DNA of 64,000 nt, from assembly GCF_038025025.1 (NCBI RefSeq), contig NW_027117340.1, forward strand, positions 682,001 to 746,000, read 5' to 3'. Position numbers and translations under genes: made by a program. Source of the stretch: Phyllosticta citribraziliensis. Lineage: Eukaryota. Shown here piece after piece: positions 1-13,213 of this stretch. Each line of letters starts with the position of its first letter. Positions within the stretch are counted from its first letter, which is position 1. The notes under the pieces are model-generated. The model made no database searches. It worked only from the letters and a program-made list of their open reading frames with translations, and was not told where the DNA came from.

Positions 1-499
1 CGAGAAGGTTGATGAGTAGGTGGAAAAGACCGAGATGGGTGAAGGAGAACGTGTTGAGGCGATAGCCTGTCGCCGGGAAAGACGGAGTCAGCGGGAGAGA
101 CGTTTGGAGACGTTGGGAGGGGGTATATGGACCTGTTGCTAAGCTGACTTGATCAGGAATCAGGGCGCACTTTTGGCGCAGGTCGGTCCATGGAATGCTC
201 GCGAGATACAGCGCGACGATGATGAACAGAATGATGCGCGTGCAAAGCGGCAGGCGAAGCACGTATGAGCGCAGTCGCGCCGGATTCAAATTGGGTGCGG
301 CGAAAGCCATGGTGTTGCAGGGAGAAGAAGACGTCTCCTGTCGAGAAATGCCTGCCGTGGCTCTGCTGTCGTGACACGCGCCTCGACTGACGCCGCGCCG
401 ATGATCCGGGGAAGCTTGAGCTCTCCTTGCACCTCGACTCGACAACCACACAAAAGATGCGGTAGCATCGCTCCTCCGCGCCCCCCTCCTCCCGCACCA

Positions 500-2557
500 A
501 TGGCTTCGCTCAGTGAGTGCCCGAGTAGGCTTTCTCGGATCGCTATTCTTGGTACTGACCCTGTCGCCAGCTCCAGCCCTTCTTGGGCTCCGCCGTGATG
601 CCCGCATCCTCAAGATCCCGCCCTACCTCTCCGCCCTGTGCATCATTGTCGGCGTCATTTGGCTGTTCATGCTGCCGTTGGACGACTACTCGCGCCAGAC
701 GTACATTTCCGAAAACGCGCTCCTGCCGGGCCAGGTCCACACGTACTTTGGAGGGAGCGAACACAACGTATTTCGCGCCTACAGGCATGAAGTGCACGCG
801 TTGGCAGAAAAGCCGCCTCAAGAGTACGTGGACTCCAATGCACAAGCAGGATTGATGGGGCTGAAAATTTCGCAGGCGCAATCAAATACTTGAGGACTTG
901 ATGAGGTCCACTGGTCTCAAGACTGCGCATCAAAAGTACGAGTACCGCACGCCGGGCAAGGACGCCGTGGGCCAAAATACATATGGCCTCTTGCAAGGCC
1001 CGCGCGCCGATGCCACCGAGGCGGTGGTGCTTGTCGCCGCCTGGGAAACAACCAAGGGGGAGATCAACATGAGCGGTGTCGCTCTGGCTTTGACCCTCGC
1101 TCGATACTTCAAGAGTATGTCAAGTCTGTCCCATTTCGGGGTATCCAGTATGTTGACAAGGCTCAGGATGGTCATTGTGGTCCAAGGACATCATTGTCTT
1201 GATTGCTGGAGACAGTACGGCCGGATCACAAGCTTGGGTAGACGCCTACCACGACGCTCACGACCCGAGGACGGTTGAACCTCTGACGATCAAAAGCGGT
1301 GCACTACAGGGCGCCGTAGCCATCGAGTATCCAGCTGGGCCTTGGGGCCACCGGTACGACAAGATTCACGTCCTCTACGATGGCATCAACGGGCAGCTCC
1401 CGAACCTCGATCTTTTCAACACGGCCGTTTCTATTGCAAGCAGCCAGGTTGGTATCGGATGCACCTTGCAGCGCATGTGGGACCACGAGGACACCTACAA
1501 GGAACGACTTCAAACCATACTTCGAGGCATGATCAGCCAAGGCCTCGGTCACGCGTCTGGTCCTCACAGCGCGTTCATTCCCTACCACGTAGATGCCCTC
1601 ACCCTTCAAACTGTCGGGGACGGCTGGCACGACGAAATGTCCCTAGGCCGCACGGTCGAAAGCATTTTCCGCAGTCTCAACAACCTGCTTGAACATCTTC
1701 ACCAAAGCTTTTTCTTCTATCTCCTCATGCAGGCTAATCGCTTCGTGAGCATTGGCACCTACCTCCCGTCAGCCATGCTCATCGCCGTCAACTTTACAAT
1801 AATCTCAATAGCTCTCTGGATCGAGAGTGGGCGCCCCCCAAGTCCCCCTACGAAAGTCGCGTCGACCGAAAAAAGCAAAGCCGAAAAGGAGCCAGAAATG
1901 ACACTGATCAAGTCTGGCAAAGATGTTTCGCTCGTCCCGTCCAGCAACCTCACGATAGTCGAACGTAGCATGTTCCTCCCTCTATCTTTTGTCGCTGGGG
2001 TGCATTTCCTCGGTCTTCTCCCTCTCTACCTGTTCAACAACACGCCAGCAAATTATCTATCCTCCGTGTTCATCTTCACCGCGGTGATGACAGTTCTGGC
2101 TCCCCCGACGACCGCGTACCTCTTGCAGCGCTTTCACGCTCCGTCAAAGCAGGAGACGACGCTATTTCAATGTTTCTCGCTGCTACTCCTCGGCATGTTT
2201 CTCTCCGCTCTTGCCACTCTCAACTTCTCCCTCTCCTTCCTCGTCGGTATTTGTGCGGCGCCTCTATCTTTTGTGCGTTCTGTTGGTAAATCAAATCAGC
2301 GCCGCCGCTTCGTCCTAGCGGGCCTGCAATATACCTTGCTCGTGGCTCTGAGTCCGGTGGTTGTCATGGTCATAGGGAGCCAGCAGCTCGGTCTGACAAA
2401 AGGCCAGGGGTTGAGCGGCGTGACCGAAGTCCTTGTGGAGGCCGCTTTTGGCTGGCATGTATGGGGCTTGTGGACCCAAGTTGTGGTCTGGCTTGTTTGG
2501 TGGCCGGCATGGTTCGTTGGTGCAGTTGTGGTTTCTGGGTCCATATTTGGGAACTAA
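500..2557 (+). CDS. GAA1: GPI transamidase subunit Gaa1 (4 exons; introns ~513-570, ~824-875, ~1115-1167)
   Basis: Spliced ORFs 513..893, 898..1278 and 1175..2557 give YSRQTYISENALLPGQVHTYF, PRADATEAVVLVA, RWSLWSKDII, DGINGQLPNLDLFN and RSLNNLLEHLHQSFFFYLL plus a multi-TM C-terminus, all typical of Gaa1. ATG at 500 is followed by a GTGAGT...CAG intron. Confidence 0.93.
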
Positions 2558-4400
2558 GCATGCTTGGAGCATCCGGAGCGCGCGCATTGCAGGGTCAACT
2601 CTGTACTCAAAAAGCATGCTTAATAGTGTTTCGTCTGCACCACTTGATCAACCAGAATTTGGCATGCACTCAGATTTGAATCATGACAATTTGAACTTGG
2701 GTTCCCCTGTCATCTTTGCAAAATTCTGTCCTGTCAACCTCATCACACAGTCTGTTGTTCTGCGCCTCGCCTCAATCAACAACGACACCCTCCTCGCCCC
2801 GGATTGAGAGTAGCATTGGCTGCTGCTTGCCTTTCCAACCCAGCTGGACTCTGAAAACAATTGACAGTCGAGCCATTCTCTTCAAGCTGGACATAGAGCA
2901 GGCCGTGTTCTCCAGGTATTATCGCGACAACAATGACTTCCATTGCGCGACGACTTAAAGTCTTTCGTCAAGACTCCTGCGTCACGTCCTCGGAAGGAAA
3001 GAACACATGCATGGCCAACCGGTTTCTCCAAGTGTTCACTAAGGTACGACCTGTCTGAGCCTGACAAGGAAGATGGTATCCATGCATCCAAACTCCCCTT
3101 TGTACTCCCTCCTTCTCTCGGGAAGTCATGAATCGCATGCCATCATCATTCTCTCAATTGGTCATCGTTGTCGTTATAATACACACACATGCTCCTCGAC
3201 GTACGCACCCTACCATCCAACCCTGCGAAATCCCTGCGAATCCGTCACCTTGCTCTATCAACCACATGATCACAGTCACTTCGTTCGCACGTTCGATCTT
3301 CTTCGATAAACATCCACTCCCGCTGCTCTGCGCCGGAAGCTTCCCACCCCCTGCGCCAAGGCTCGGTTCGGGCCCTGCGTTATTCAGGACACGGGGGTTC
3401 CAGACAAGGCGAGCGACACGGAGAAATTCGACCGACCAAGATAAATGGAAAAAGAGGTGATCAGTCAACCGCTCTACTCAGATGCTGAGAGTAGAGTTTT
3501 GCGCAAATGGTGATGAGCGCCATGCACAGAGCAGCAAGCGGCGGAAGGGGTGCAAGTCATGTACACGACGAGTTGGACAAGGGCGTCGCTTGGGGCATGT
3601 ACATGGCTTTTTCGTACGGATGTGTTGCCAGCTGCAACAGCACGATTGGACAGAGTGTTGGCGAAAAAAGAGTCAATCGTCAGTCTCTCGTTGCAAGCGA
3701 ACCCGAAAGAACCGCCTGAGGCGTCCGTCGCGGATCATCGTCCTGATTCTGATACAGCCCTGTCAGACACAAACGACACTCGCTTGCGGGTGCGTGTGAC
3801 TGATGGGCGACGCCACACGCCCACCTGCCCGCCGCCAGGCTCCACTCCACTCCTGCCTTTGTTGTCTTGGTGTGGACTGTGCTGTGCGGGTTGCTGATGG
3901 CGAAACGTCGTATGCAGGCGAAGTTTCATCCAAAGGGGACGACGGACGGACTGACAGAGAGACGAATGGGTGTGCAAATATAACTAAAGTGGACAAGGGC
4001 AACAAAAGCAATGCGACAAACGGCTGTCCTAGACCTTAATGGGAGTATGTGCGTGCGTGCACGCGGGGGATTTGCCTTTTGGTGGATACAAGGCTGGACT
4101 GAGGCGTTATTGGGAGGCTGGGTGGGTAGGTGGGTAAAATGATTGTGCAGAGATAGCGGTAAGCAGGATTTCCGGCTGATACAGTGGTGGTGATGTGGTT
4201 CTCGGCACAGGTTGCATTCGGGATAGCAACAGCGAGAATGTCCAACTCTTGATATGAATTCTTTGTGGTGATGATGATGATGATGATGGAATCTAGTCTA
4301 GCAGTTGCAGTAGTGGGCTCCTATTGGCTGTCCAGTGAGGCCGTTGCATGGGTATCTTGAAGAGAATACGAAAAAACCAAAGGGGTGTTCCTCCTGCTGC

Positions 4401-6319
4401 TCAATCATCCAACTCGATAACATCGAGGGCATCGGTCAAGTCCTTGACACCCTTTGAGGTGTCCGATTGGCTCCTCTTCGCTTTCATCTCCCGATACTCC
4501 TTCCCCACCAGCTCCATGATGACTGCATGGCTCTTGCCTGCATTCTCACTCTTGATCCTGTTGAAGTTGGCCTTCATAAAGATGTGGTATTCGCTCGTTT
4601 GGCCTTGTCTGGGCACTGGCTTCGTTTGCAGAAGCTGCGACTTGCAGATTCCACATCGGGATTTGGCCAGGTTAATTGACTTGGAGTGGCGTTTGTACTC
4701 GTGGCTGCAGCCCGTGCAAGTCCAGATGTACTTGTAGTCGATGATGTAAGAGTGCTTCGTCGTGACCTCGATATTGCGATGGGCAAAGGCCCGAGAGACT
4801 TTGGCTCCCCTGCAGCTCATGTCAGCAAGTCGGGGATGTAGCGGCTTTCGGTTGCTCACAACATACCACGCTTTGAACTGGGCACCATGGGGGTTATCTT
4901 TGACGCCACTGATCATGTAATTGGCAAGATGGCAATACTCGTGGGCAAGGGTATTGACCATTTTGTCTGTCGTGTGTGGTTAGGAGCGGCAATTTCCAGG
5001 AATGGGTCGAATTCTTACCCTCGTCATCGACAACCTTGTCCGCCAACTCGATGAAGACAATATGTTTGGTACCCTTTGTTTTCCAGTTGGCCCTCCCGGC
5101 CGTCTGGTTGAGGGTCTTGCTCCAAACAAGTTTGATTCCGCCACTTTCAGCAGTCATTTGCGAAATCTTGCCCTGTGTCATGACCTGGTCGAGTTCATTG
5201 AGAAATTCTTCAGCCAACTTGTGTTTGCGTTCTTCAAAAAGCTTGCGTTCCAGAACGACATTCTTGTCCTTTTTGATAGGACTAGTCTTTTGGGGCGACG
5301 TGCTCGTGCCAGCGGTGGGCTTTTTGCGTGGCGAGTGCTGGTCGTTCCAATCGTTGACCACGTCGGCAGCCCAAAAAGCGTCCAAGCTTTCCCGGTGAGG
5401 CGGAGTTGGTATCCTGATATTTTTGGAAGGAGATTTGAGTTTCACGGGGCTCTTGGGCGGGGGAGGGGTTGAAGAGCGGATAGACTTGGATGCCTCTGGG
5501 ACCTTGTATGGAGATTTTCTCCTTGGAGGTGAGCTTGAGAACGTTAGCTGTGGTTGAGATGGTTTCACAGAAGCCATCTTACTATCTGAGGATGGCATCA
5601 TTGTCTGCAGAGGAGGAGCTTGATGGCCTGTCATTGGGACTTGGCCGCGCCAGAGATACAGGTACCAGGGGTTTCTTGAAAATGTCGTCGAGCCCAGGAG
5701 CTGGTGCTGGGTCTCGCAAGTCTTTTTTGGCAAAAAGGCGCCTTCTTGGAGAGTCTAGAATTGGATCACTTTCGAAAATGTCCTTTGCAGGCTGCTGGAT
5801 GGGAACTTTGCGAATCGGCTTGAGGACGGGCAGGTCAGAGTCAGATTCCGAGCCAGACTCCGAGTCGTCTACAGAAGATGCATCGGCTTCGTCACCGCAC
5901 CAAATGCTTTGTTCGACGTCTTCCGAGTCATCTGATGGATCCGGAGAGCGTTGATCGTTGAAGACTTCTTCTGCATCTGAATGGTCTTGGCTGCGATAGT
6001 TGACACGTGCAGCAGCAGCTCTTTTCGGAGTGCGCTTGATGGTGGTGTCACAATCTTTGACGGAGTCGGTATGTTTCCTCAGCGGCGTGGGCCTGGATTC
6101 TTCGGCAGTCGCATCCAACAGGGGTCTGGAACCAAAGGTCGAGCGATTCAGCACCCGCTGACGGGCCGGGGCCTGGTCACTCTTGCTTTTCGGGACAAGC
6201 GTTGGGGTGTTTGCGCGGGCGGGATGGGTAGGCGCGGGACGTGGACGTGGGCGTTGGAGCAGCTGGGCCAGGCTGGGGAGATTGTCCTCGTCGCTCGAAT
6301 CGACATTGGCGCGAGCCAT
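4401..6319 (-). CDS. SprT-family metalloprotease with N-terminal acidic/disordered region, zinc ribbon and C-terminal HMG-like helix (GCNA/ACRC-like); multi-exon
   Basis: ORFs 5582..6643, 4894..5733 and 4401..4961 join: WSKTLNQTAGRA, IELADKVVDD, TLAHEYCHLA (HExxH), PHGAQFKAW, CTGC...CGIC, then SEYHIFMKANFNRIK. Likely start MARANVDSSDED at 6319. Confidence 0.85.
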
Positions 6320-7634
6320 GTGGTTCGGGAAAGGCGATAGATAGGAATGACAGTTCCAGGTGTAACTTGGCGTGGTGGTGCTGTGGTGAGCAGACGGGAC
6401 GGATGGTGTTGGCCGATTTTTTGCGGGAAGCGAAGCATTGGTTGACTGAATCCTTGTCGATAGTTGCCAAGGCAACACGGCGCACTGGCCTCCTGCCGGT
6501 TTGGGACGGCGACGGCGACGGCGACGGCGACGGCTACGGCTGGCTGACGTAGGTACAGTACAGTAGGTACCTACATAGGCTGCTGCAGCACAGCAGCTGC
6601 CCGCAGACAACAGAAGGAAGCACAGGCACAGACACAGACACAACCATGTACGACAGAAACAGGGTGCACCTCAGGGTCACAAGTCAGCCACTGGTTCAGC
6701 AATGGTGCCACAATCAACGGCCTTCGGAGACGCGTCCCATCTCAATCCCCATAGCTGAGACGGGGGCCCCGCAGAAGCTGAAGCTGCAGAATGAATGTGC
6801 GCAAAGGCCCTGAAGCTGGAGACGAAACGGCGGCCAGAAAAAAACAACAAGATCAAGTCTTGGCGTGGACCGACCGAGGGGAGATAAGGGACAAGTGCGA
6901 GAGGGAGCGAAGGGAGTAGTACATGTACGCTAATGTAGGGAGTGACAGGCGCGGCGGGAGCGTCTGCAGGTCGAGATGATCAAACGTCGGTACGGTGCGG
7001 CGGGCCACTTGACGGCGGCAGAAAGATTCCAGGTGCGGCGGTGGAGAATTGGCCAAGAAGGCGGCCTGGCCCTGAGGAATGAAGTGCCTCGTCAGAAGCA
7101 TTGGGATGGGCAGAGCTGCAAAGGGGCAGACGGGACTGGGTCTGGAGAGGACAGCTGACGATGAAACACACGCGTCAACTGGCAGCGTCTGCGGCGATGT
7201 GCAGCTCCACCTGCCAAAAAGCACGCGCCGTGGCTGGAGTGACGACGACGACGACGACGACGACCACTGAGGTGACCACCGGTGGCGACGTGGCCTTGCG
7301 GTGGGTGATGGATGTGGGTTTGTCGTCGTCTCGTTGCCCGCCGCCAGGGGCACGCAAGGATTCCTGGCCCAGACGATCCAAATGCTCCAAATTACCATGT
7401 CATGAAACCGCGCACTGCCCTATTCCCTACTGCCCTTTCCAGCCCTTATAACGTCCAATCCCGTGCCCGTCCACTGCCTTGGCCCTCCACACTCTGCGAC
7501 GTCAAGGTATTTTTGTCTAGCACATCACCGCGACAAACCACACTCGTTCTCTCCTCATCGTCTTCCTCCTCTCGCTTTCGCCCTGTCCTTCGCTCGTCGC
7601 TCTTTAGCGCTTGATTCTTGCCCTTCTCACAACC

Positions 7635-8700
7635 ATGCCCGAAAACTACCGCGACCAGTACACCCCCAAGCCCCTCACCGACGTCTTCACCCATGACACC
7701 GACATCGACCGCCGCCAATGCAAGCGCGTCGTGCCCATGAAGGTCCTCTGTCTGGGCCTGGGGCGTACCGGCACTGCTTGTGAGTCCTCAGCGCTTCCCG
7801 CGCCTGCATACCACACTTCCGACTAACCTCGGATTTAATCCGACAGCCCTCCGAGATGCCCTCAAGGAACTCGGTCTGAACGACACCTACCACATGATGT
7901 CCGTCAGCGTTGAGAACCCTCCCGATGCTCTCTTCTGGATGGATGCCCTGCGCGCCAAGTATGACGGAGTCGGCTCCTTTGGCCGCGAGGAATGGGACCA
8001 ACTCCTCGGCCACTGCCAGGTTCGCAGCCTTGCCCGCACCCCCATTTCAACAACCGCCTGCTAACCGTGCTGCAGTCTGTATGCGATTGGCCTGCCATTG
8101 CATTTGTCAAGGAGCTGGTCGAGGCCTACCCCGAGGCCAAGGTGATTCTAACCACCCGCGACGTCGACTCTTGGCACGCGTAAGTCGATGCCCTGTCGCT
8201 CCAAACAAGTGGGCTGGAACATTGAAACTGACGCGTCATGTAGCTCGACCCTCAAGACTGTCGACTGGCGGGCAAACGACCCCGAGCTCAAGATGGTTGG
8301 CAAGTGGGACTGGGGCGCGGGCCTCTACCAGCCCATGCTCCACAAGTTCTGGACCAACTTCTTCAAGGGCGACTTCAAGAAGCACGGCAAGCAAGTCTTC
8401 ATTGACCACTACGCCGACGTCCGCGCGCTGGTGCCGCCCGAGAGGCTGCTTGAGTACCGCATGGGCCAGGGCTGGGAGCCGCTCTGCGACTTCCTCGAAG
8501 TGCCCGTTCCCGACAAGAAGTTCCCGCACACCAACGACACGGACGGCTTCGTCGAGCGTTGCCGCGGCCGCAACAGGGCGCAAATGATGAACGTAGCTCT
8601 CCGGGCGCTGGTCGTCGGTGGTGGCGTTGCGGCAACGGTCCTGGCATCGACCATGACGCTGCACAAGTTCTTTGGCCACCGGCTGCTGGCCGGCCACTAA
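7635..8700 (+). CDS. P-loop sulfotransferase-like protein (Sulfotransfer_4-type; often auto-annotated as NAD-dependent epimerase/dehydratase); 4 exons
   Basis: MKVLCLGLGRTGT, TYHM, DWPAIAF, YPEAKVILTTRDVDSW and GWEPLCDFLEVPVPDKKFPHTND motifs across spliced ORFs. GT..AG introns at ~7779-7846, ~8020-8074 and ~8180-8243. C-terminal hydrophobic segment. Confidence 0.8.
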
Positions 8701-10085
8701 GCGGTGGCTGACGACCTACCGTACCTAGACGCTACCGTTTAGAAGTTTGCATCACCGCGAGCATCGTTTTTGGGTTTGACGGCATTCCATCTGCATTTGG
8801 CCTAGAGCGGGAATTGGGCATCATGTGCACTTTCTTTTAATCACCATCATCATATTTCTCATCATCAAAATAGGCGAATTGGGAGTTGGCGGGCATAGAG
8901 AACGACGGGTTCTTGATCATTCTGGGCACGAGTTTCGGAGCATTCAGACGTCTGATGACGACGCAGACAGAGATTGGAGGACGGGCAGGGACTGGCTGGC
9001 ATGGGCAGAGTCCCAGTTGGTGGTTGCGCTGCGCTGTACAGTTTCCATACCTGAGGTACCTACATAGGCGAGAATCACAAGCATTCAACATTCCAAGATC
9101 AGATACCAAGAGGGCACAAGGCATCGGCTACGTACCAGCCGCCTCTCAAGTGTCGCACCAGGATTTCCGCGGCAAACGTGGCGTGCGGCGAAACACGGTG
9201 GCCACGGACAGAGGTCGAAACAAAAAGGGATCCGATGTTTGGACGACGGGATTGGGGGCCAAGTGGGGCGGGCGGCAAACACCAGACAAGATGGCGCGCG
9301 CGATCAACATTTGCTCCTGCACGACGAGAGACAGTCGGTTGGCGTTGGCATTCGTTGGATGGTCCCCTGAAGATACATAGATGTGCCCTTCGGTTCGTTC
9401 TCCCAGGGTCGGGTCAAGCATCCCCAGACCAAGGGATTGCGATTGACGGGCCGCCGCCCACTAGTCCAGCTCAGCAACCAACGAGGCCTCCCAAATCTTT
9501 TGGTCCCCCCTCGGCCCTCGCCCCCCCATCCATTCCCCCCGACTCGCCCCGAGCGTCAGACTGCCGTGTGGTGGACTGCAGTCGCTCCGAACGCGCCCTG
9601 CCGTGAGGTGGCCCGTCTCCCTCTGGACCTGAGGTGGCCGCCGAGGGCGTGGGACGTGGGTGGGGACACACCATTTATTATTATTGCGCGCGAAGCTGTG
9701 CGCTGCGGCCACGGTTGCGTTGTACGTCAGTAACGGACTACTCATCACGCGCACTCCCAGGTCCCCTCAATTTCAGCCGCGCGTCATCCGGCGCGTACCG
9801 TTCCTAGACCTACGGTGCTCTTTTTTGCTCAGTGGCTTGTAAACTCTCCTCCACATTTCACCAACACCACCACCGCCTCCGCCGCTAGCTCCCGCCGCCG
9901 CGCCGCCATACCTCACTCTCTCTCCCCTCCCTGCCTCCCTCCCTCCCTCTCTCTACACATTACTTCGCTTCCCCCTTCGCTCCGCCTGGCCGCGGGAACT
10001 GCGCGTGGTGCTGCAAGGTACTCGAGTACTTGGTCCTCACCACGCCACGCCGCCTTTTCTCGACCATCGTTTTTGCTTGCAGACA

Positions 10086-12155
10086 ATGGCGCTGTTTGAG
10101 CCTAGTCTTTCCCGTCACTCGTTTGCCTTTCTTTGCATAGCGTTTCTTTCCACCTTTGCCTCGGCCGACCTCAACAACGACACGTCGCCCACCTCTTTCT
10201 TCCACACTGTAAGTTTGCTGCCTCTCTGCATCGTGTGCGCCGCCTCTAATCCGCGCCTTCCAGAGACCGGAGCTCCACGCGCCGATAATACATTTTGACG
10301 TACTATGGCCCGACTTTGTCTCCCCGGGCTACATCTTTCTCGCGCCGTATCGCAACATCGATCCCGGCCCGTACATTTACGATAATTATGGCGTGCGTAC
10401 CCACCATTGAACGAGACCTACCGGTACAAAAGCTTCGACGTGAGGTCGAATGGCTAATGGTTGCACGCGCAGAACCTCGTCTGGTCCGGAGCTGGATTCA
10501 TGGGCCCCATGGTTGGCCACGCGCCCCGAGTTTGCAACTACCAGGGAAGAGACCACCTCTGCTTCTACCAGGGAGAGCAGTACCAGGGCTTCGCGCGCGG
10601 ACACGGCCTCATCGTCAACGATGAATACAGGATTGTAAAAACAGTTGAGAGCGGGGGATCTGCGGCCCAGGCAGACATGCACGAATTCCGCGTGCTACCC
10701 GACGGCAAGACGGCGCTCCTCACCGTGTACCAGACGCGGCAGTACGACCTGTCTGCCTTTGGCATCGAGGCCGGCATGGGCTGGGTGGTCGACAGCGTGT
10801 TCCAGGAGGTCGACATTGAGACGGGTGACGTCGTCTTCGAATGGCGTGCTCTGGACCACATCTCGCCTAGTTTCAGCTACACCATGCCCGACACGACCGA
10901 CACGTCTGGAACTGGACGATCCGCAGACCGGCCGTGGGATTACTTCCACATCAACTCGATTGACAAGAACGATGACGGCGACTACCTCATCTCGGCGCGG
11001 CACATGGCGGCCGTCTACAAGCTTTCAGGCGTCGACGGCCATGTCATGTGGGAGCTGAACGGCGCAAACCCCAGCTTCCACAACATCGACCTTCATTTTT
11101 CCAGCCAGCACCACGCCAGGTGGACAAAAGAAAACGGAACGCACACGCTTCTCACCTTGTTTGACAATGCCAGCAACAACTTCAACATTACGAATCCCTG
11201 GTCGCGCGGCATGGTTGTGGCCGTCAACCACATTGACAGGACGGCCTCGATGACCCAGGAGTGGTTGGCGCCAGATGCGGCGGGTGGGGTCCTGGCCGGA
11301 TCGCAGGGCAGCATCCAGACGCTCAAGGACGACCACGTCATGATTGGGTGGGGTGACCATCCATTCTTCTCGGAGCACCTCCCCACGGGAGAAGCCGTCA
11401 TGTACGGCAAGATTGCGATACCAGAATCGGGCGTCATGAACTACCGGGCCTACAAGTTCGAGTGGAAGGCGACGCCCAAGGACAACCCGGCCCTCTTCAC
11501 ATACTCGCGGACGGGGACGAGCGTGGCCGGCATGGTGTTTTACGTGTCATGGAACGGAGCAACCGAGGTCAAGGAGTGGAAGTTTTACGGCAGCAACACG
11601 GCCGAGGGACCGTGGGAGACGGTGGCGCGGGCCAACAAGACGGGCTTCGAGACGATGCTGCGCACCGAGACGGTCAGGTCGTTTGCCTTTGCGGAGGCCA
11701 TTGACCAGGAGGGCCACGTGCTCCGGCGATCGTCGGTGAGCAAGACGTTTGTGCCGTCGGCGGCGCTCATGGCGGCGTGCGATGACTACAGCTGCCAGGT
11801 GCACCCGCCGCTGGCAGAGGGGGAGAGGATCGAGGCGATGGCGCCGTTTGTCGCTGACGGTGGGGCCAACTGGGACACGGGGCTGAAGAGCAACAAGTAC
11901 TACACGCAGGCGGCCAAGACGGCGGGATCTTTCTTCCTGAGCATCGCAGGGCCGGCGGCGGTGGGGTTGGGGATTCTGCTGTTGCTGGCGATATGCCTGT
12001 ACAAGCACCGGGCGATGCGGAGCGTGTCGGGGTGGCAGAGGTCGCTGCAGCAAAAGGGAGTGGATCTGCGCGAGGTGCTGAGTCCGGGTGGGGTGCGGTC
12101 GAAGCTGCTGGGGCAAAGATATCGGCGGGTGAGCGAAGGCGAAGCTGTTGCATAG
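10086..12155 (+). CDS. Arylsulfotransferase (ASST) family beta-propeller protein with signal peptide and C-terminal TM helix; 3 exons
   Basis: Signal-like MALFEPSLSRHSFAFLCIAFLSTFASA. Spliced RPELHAP...PGYIFLAPY...GPYIYDNYG|NLVWSG. Further motifs DMHEF, WDYFHINSIDK, YLISARH, FSSQHHAR, LFDNA, SQGSIQ, YRAYKFEW, FYVSWNGATEV and KTGFET. Confidence 0.88.
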
Positions 12156-13213
12156 TACCTAGGTAGCTCAGGTCAGGTCAAACAAGGGAGCCTCAGGCAA
12201 GCAAGGCAGGGGCTGTCGGGGGGTCAGATGGAGATTGGCTTGTGGAGAAGGATTGACAGCAATTGAAGTGATGAGAGTGATGTCATGGGGGAGTCTGTGC
12301 TACCTACCTACTGACCTCGACCGGCGTGGCCGGGGGCGTGATGGTGTTGTTGTGACAAGCCGGACGGGCAGCGTAAGTCGGCGGGACGGGCGTGGCGGCG
12401 GCGGTGGTGGTGGTGGTGGTGGTGTGGTGAGGGAGGAGGGCCGACTGGGGGCTGACGGGTCGGTGCGCGGGAGGGGAGGTGAGTCTGGCAGACCAATTGG
12501 TGGACCGAATTCAGGCGGTTGGGAATATTTTTTTTTTTTTTTGGAGTTTGAAGAGAGAGGTGGGTGGCTTGGCGGGGCGTCGAGGGCGTACGCAGCGGGA
12601 ATACGTAGACGGGCCGGGGTACATGTACCTTCCGTTGGACGTGTACGTGTGGCTGAGTGTTTGTCGCCCGCTGTTGTTCTCCTGAGGGCTGAGAGCTGAG
12701 AGCTGAGGCGAGGGCGACGGAGAAAAATGTTCCTGTTACAGTATCCCAAAGTCCAGCACCGCAGGCCGTGATTGGTTTTTTGCGTGCCCGGCAGGCGTTT
12801 GTTTCAGCGGTTGACAGCGGGATTGATTTGGTTGACGCGGCCTCCTCCCCTCCCTCCCTCTTGTTCCCTGTCGCCGCCAAGACGCTCCTGAAGCAGTGAC
12901 CATGGCTTCATCCCCCCCCCCGTGTCCCCACCCGGCAACCCGTCCAGCCCAGCCCAGTTCGTCAGTTCAGGTCAGGTCTGGTCTGGTCTGGTCTGGTCGG
13001 ATCGTTCGTTTGCTGGTGCTTGTTCTCGTTCTACGCGCCTTCGGCTGGCCGCGTACTCCTGCTGCGTCTCTCCAGTCGTCGACTCGTCGCTGCTCTTTTC
13101 CGGATGGCCCTCCGCTCCAACCCACTCGACTCGACTCGTTCCTACTAGTTGGATCCGTATCCGCTCCAACCCACAGCCACTCCCACTCTTTACGCCCGCC
13201 CGCGCCCTCCACC

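Noticed and set aside
12235..12900. Long overlapping ORFs (154, 149, 190 aa) between the ASST and MFS genes, and similar ORFs at 2.6-4.3, 6.8-7.5, 8.8-10 and 15.2-16.3 kb
   Set aside because: Low-complexity GC-rich intergenic sequence with microsatellites (GGT, GAC, TCTGG, poly-T) and no recognisable motifs.
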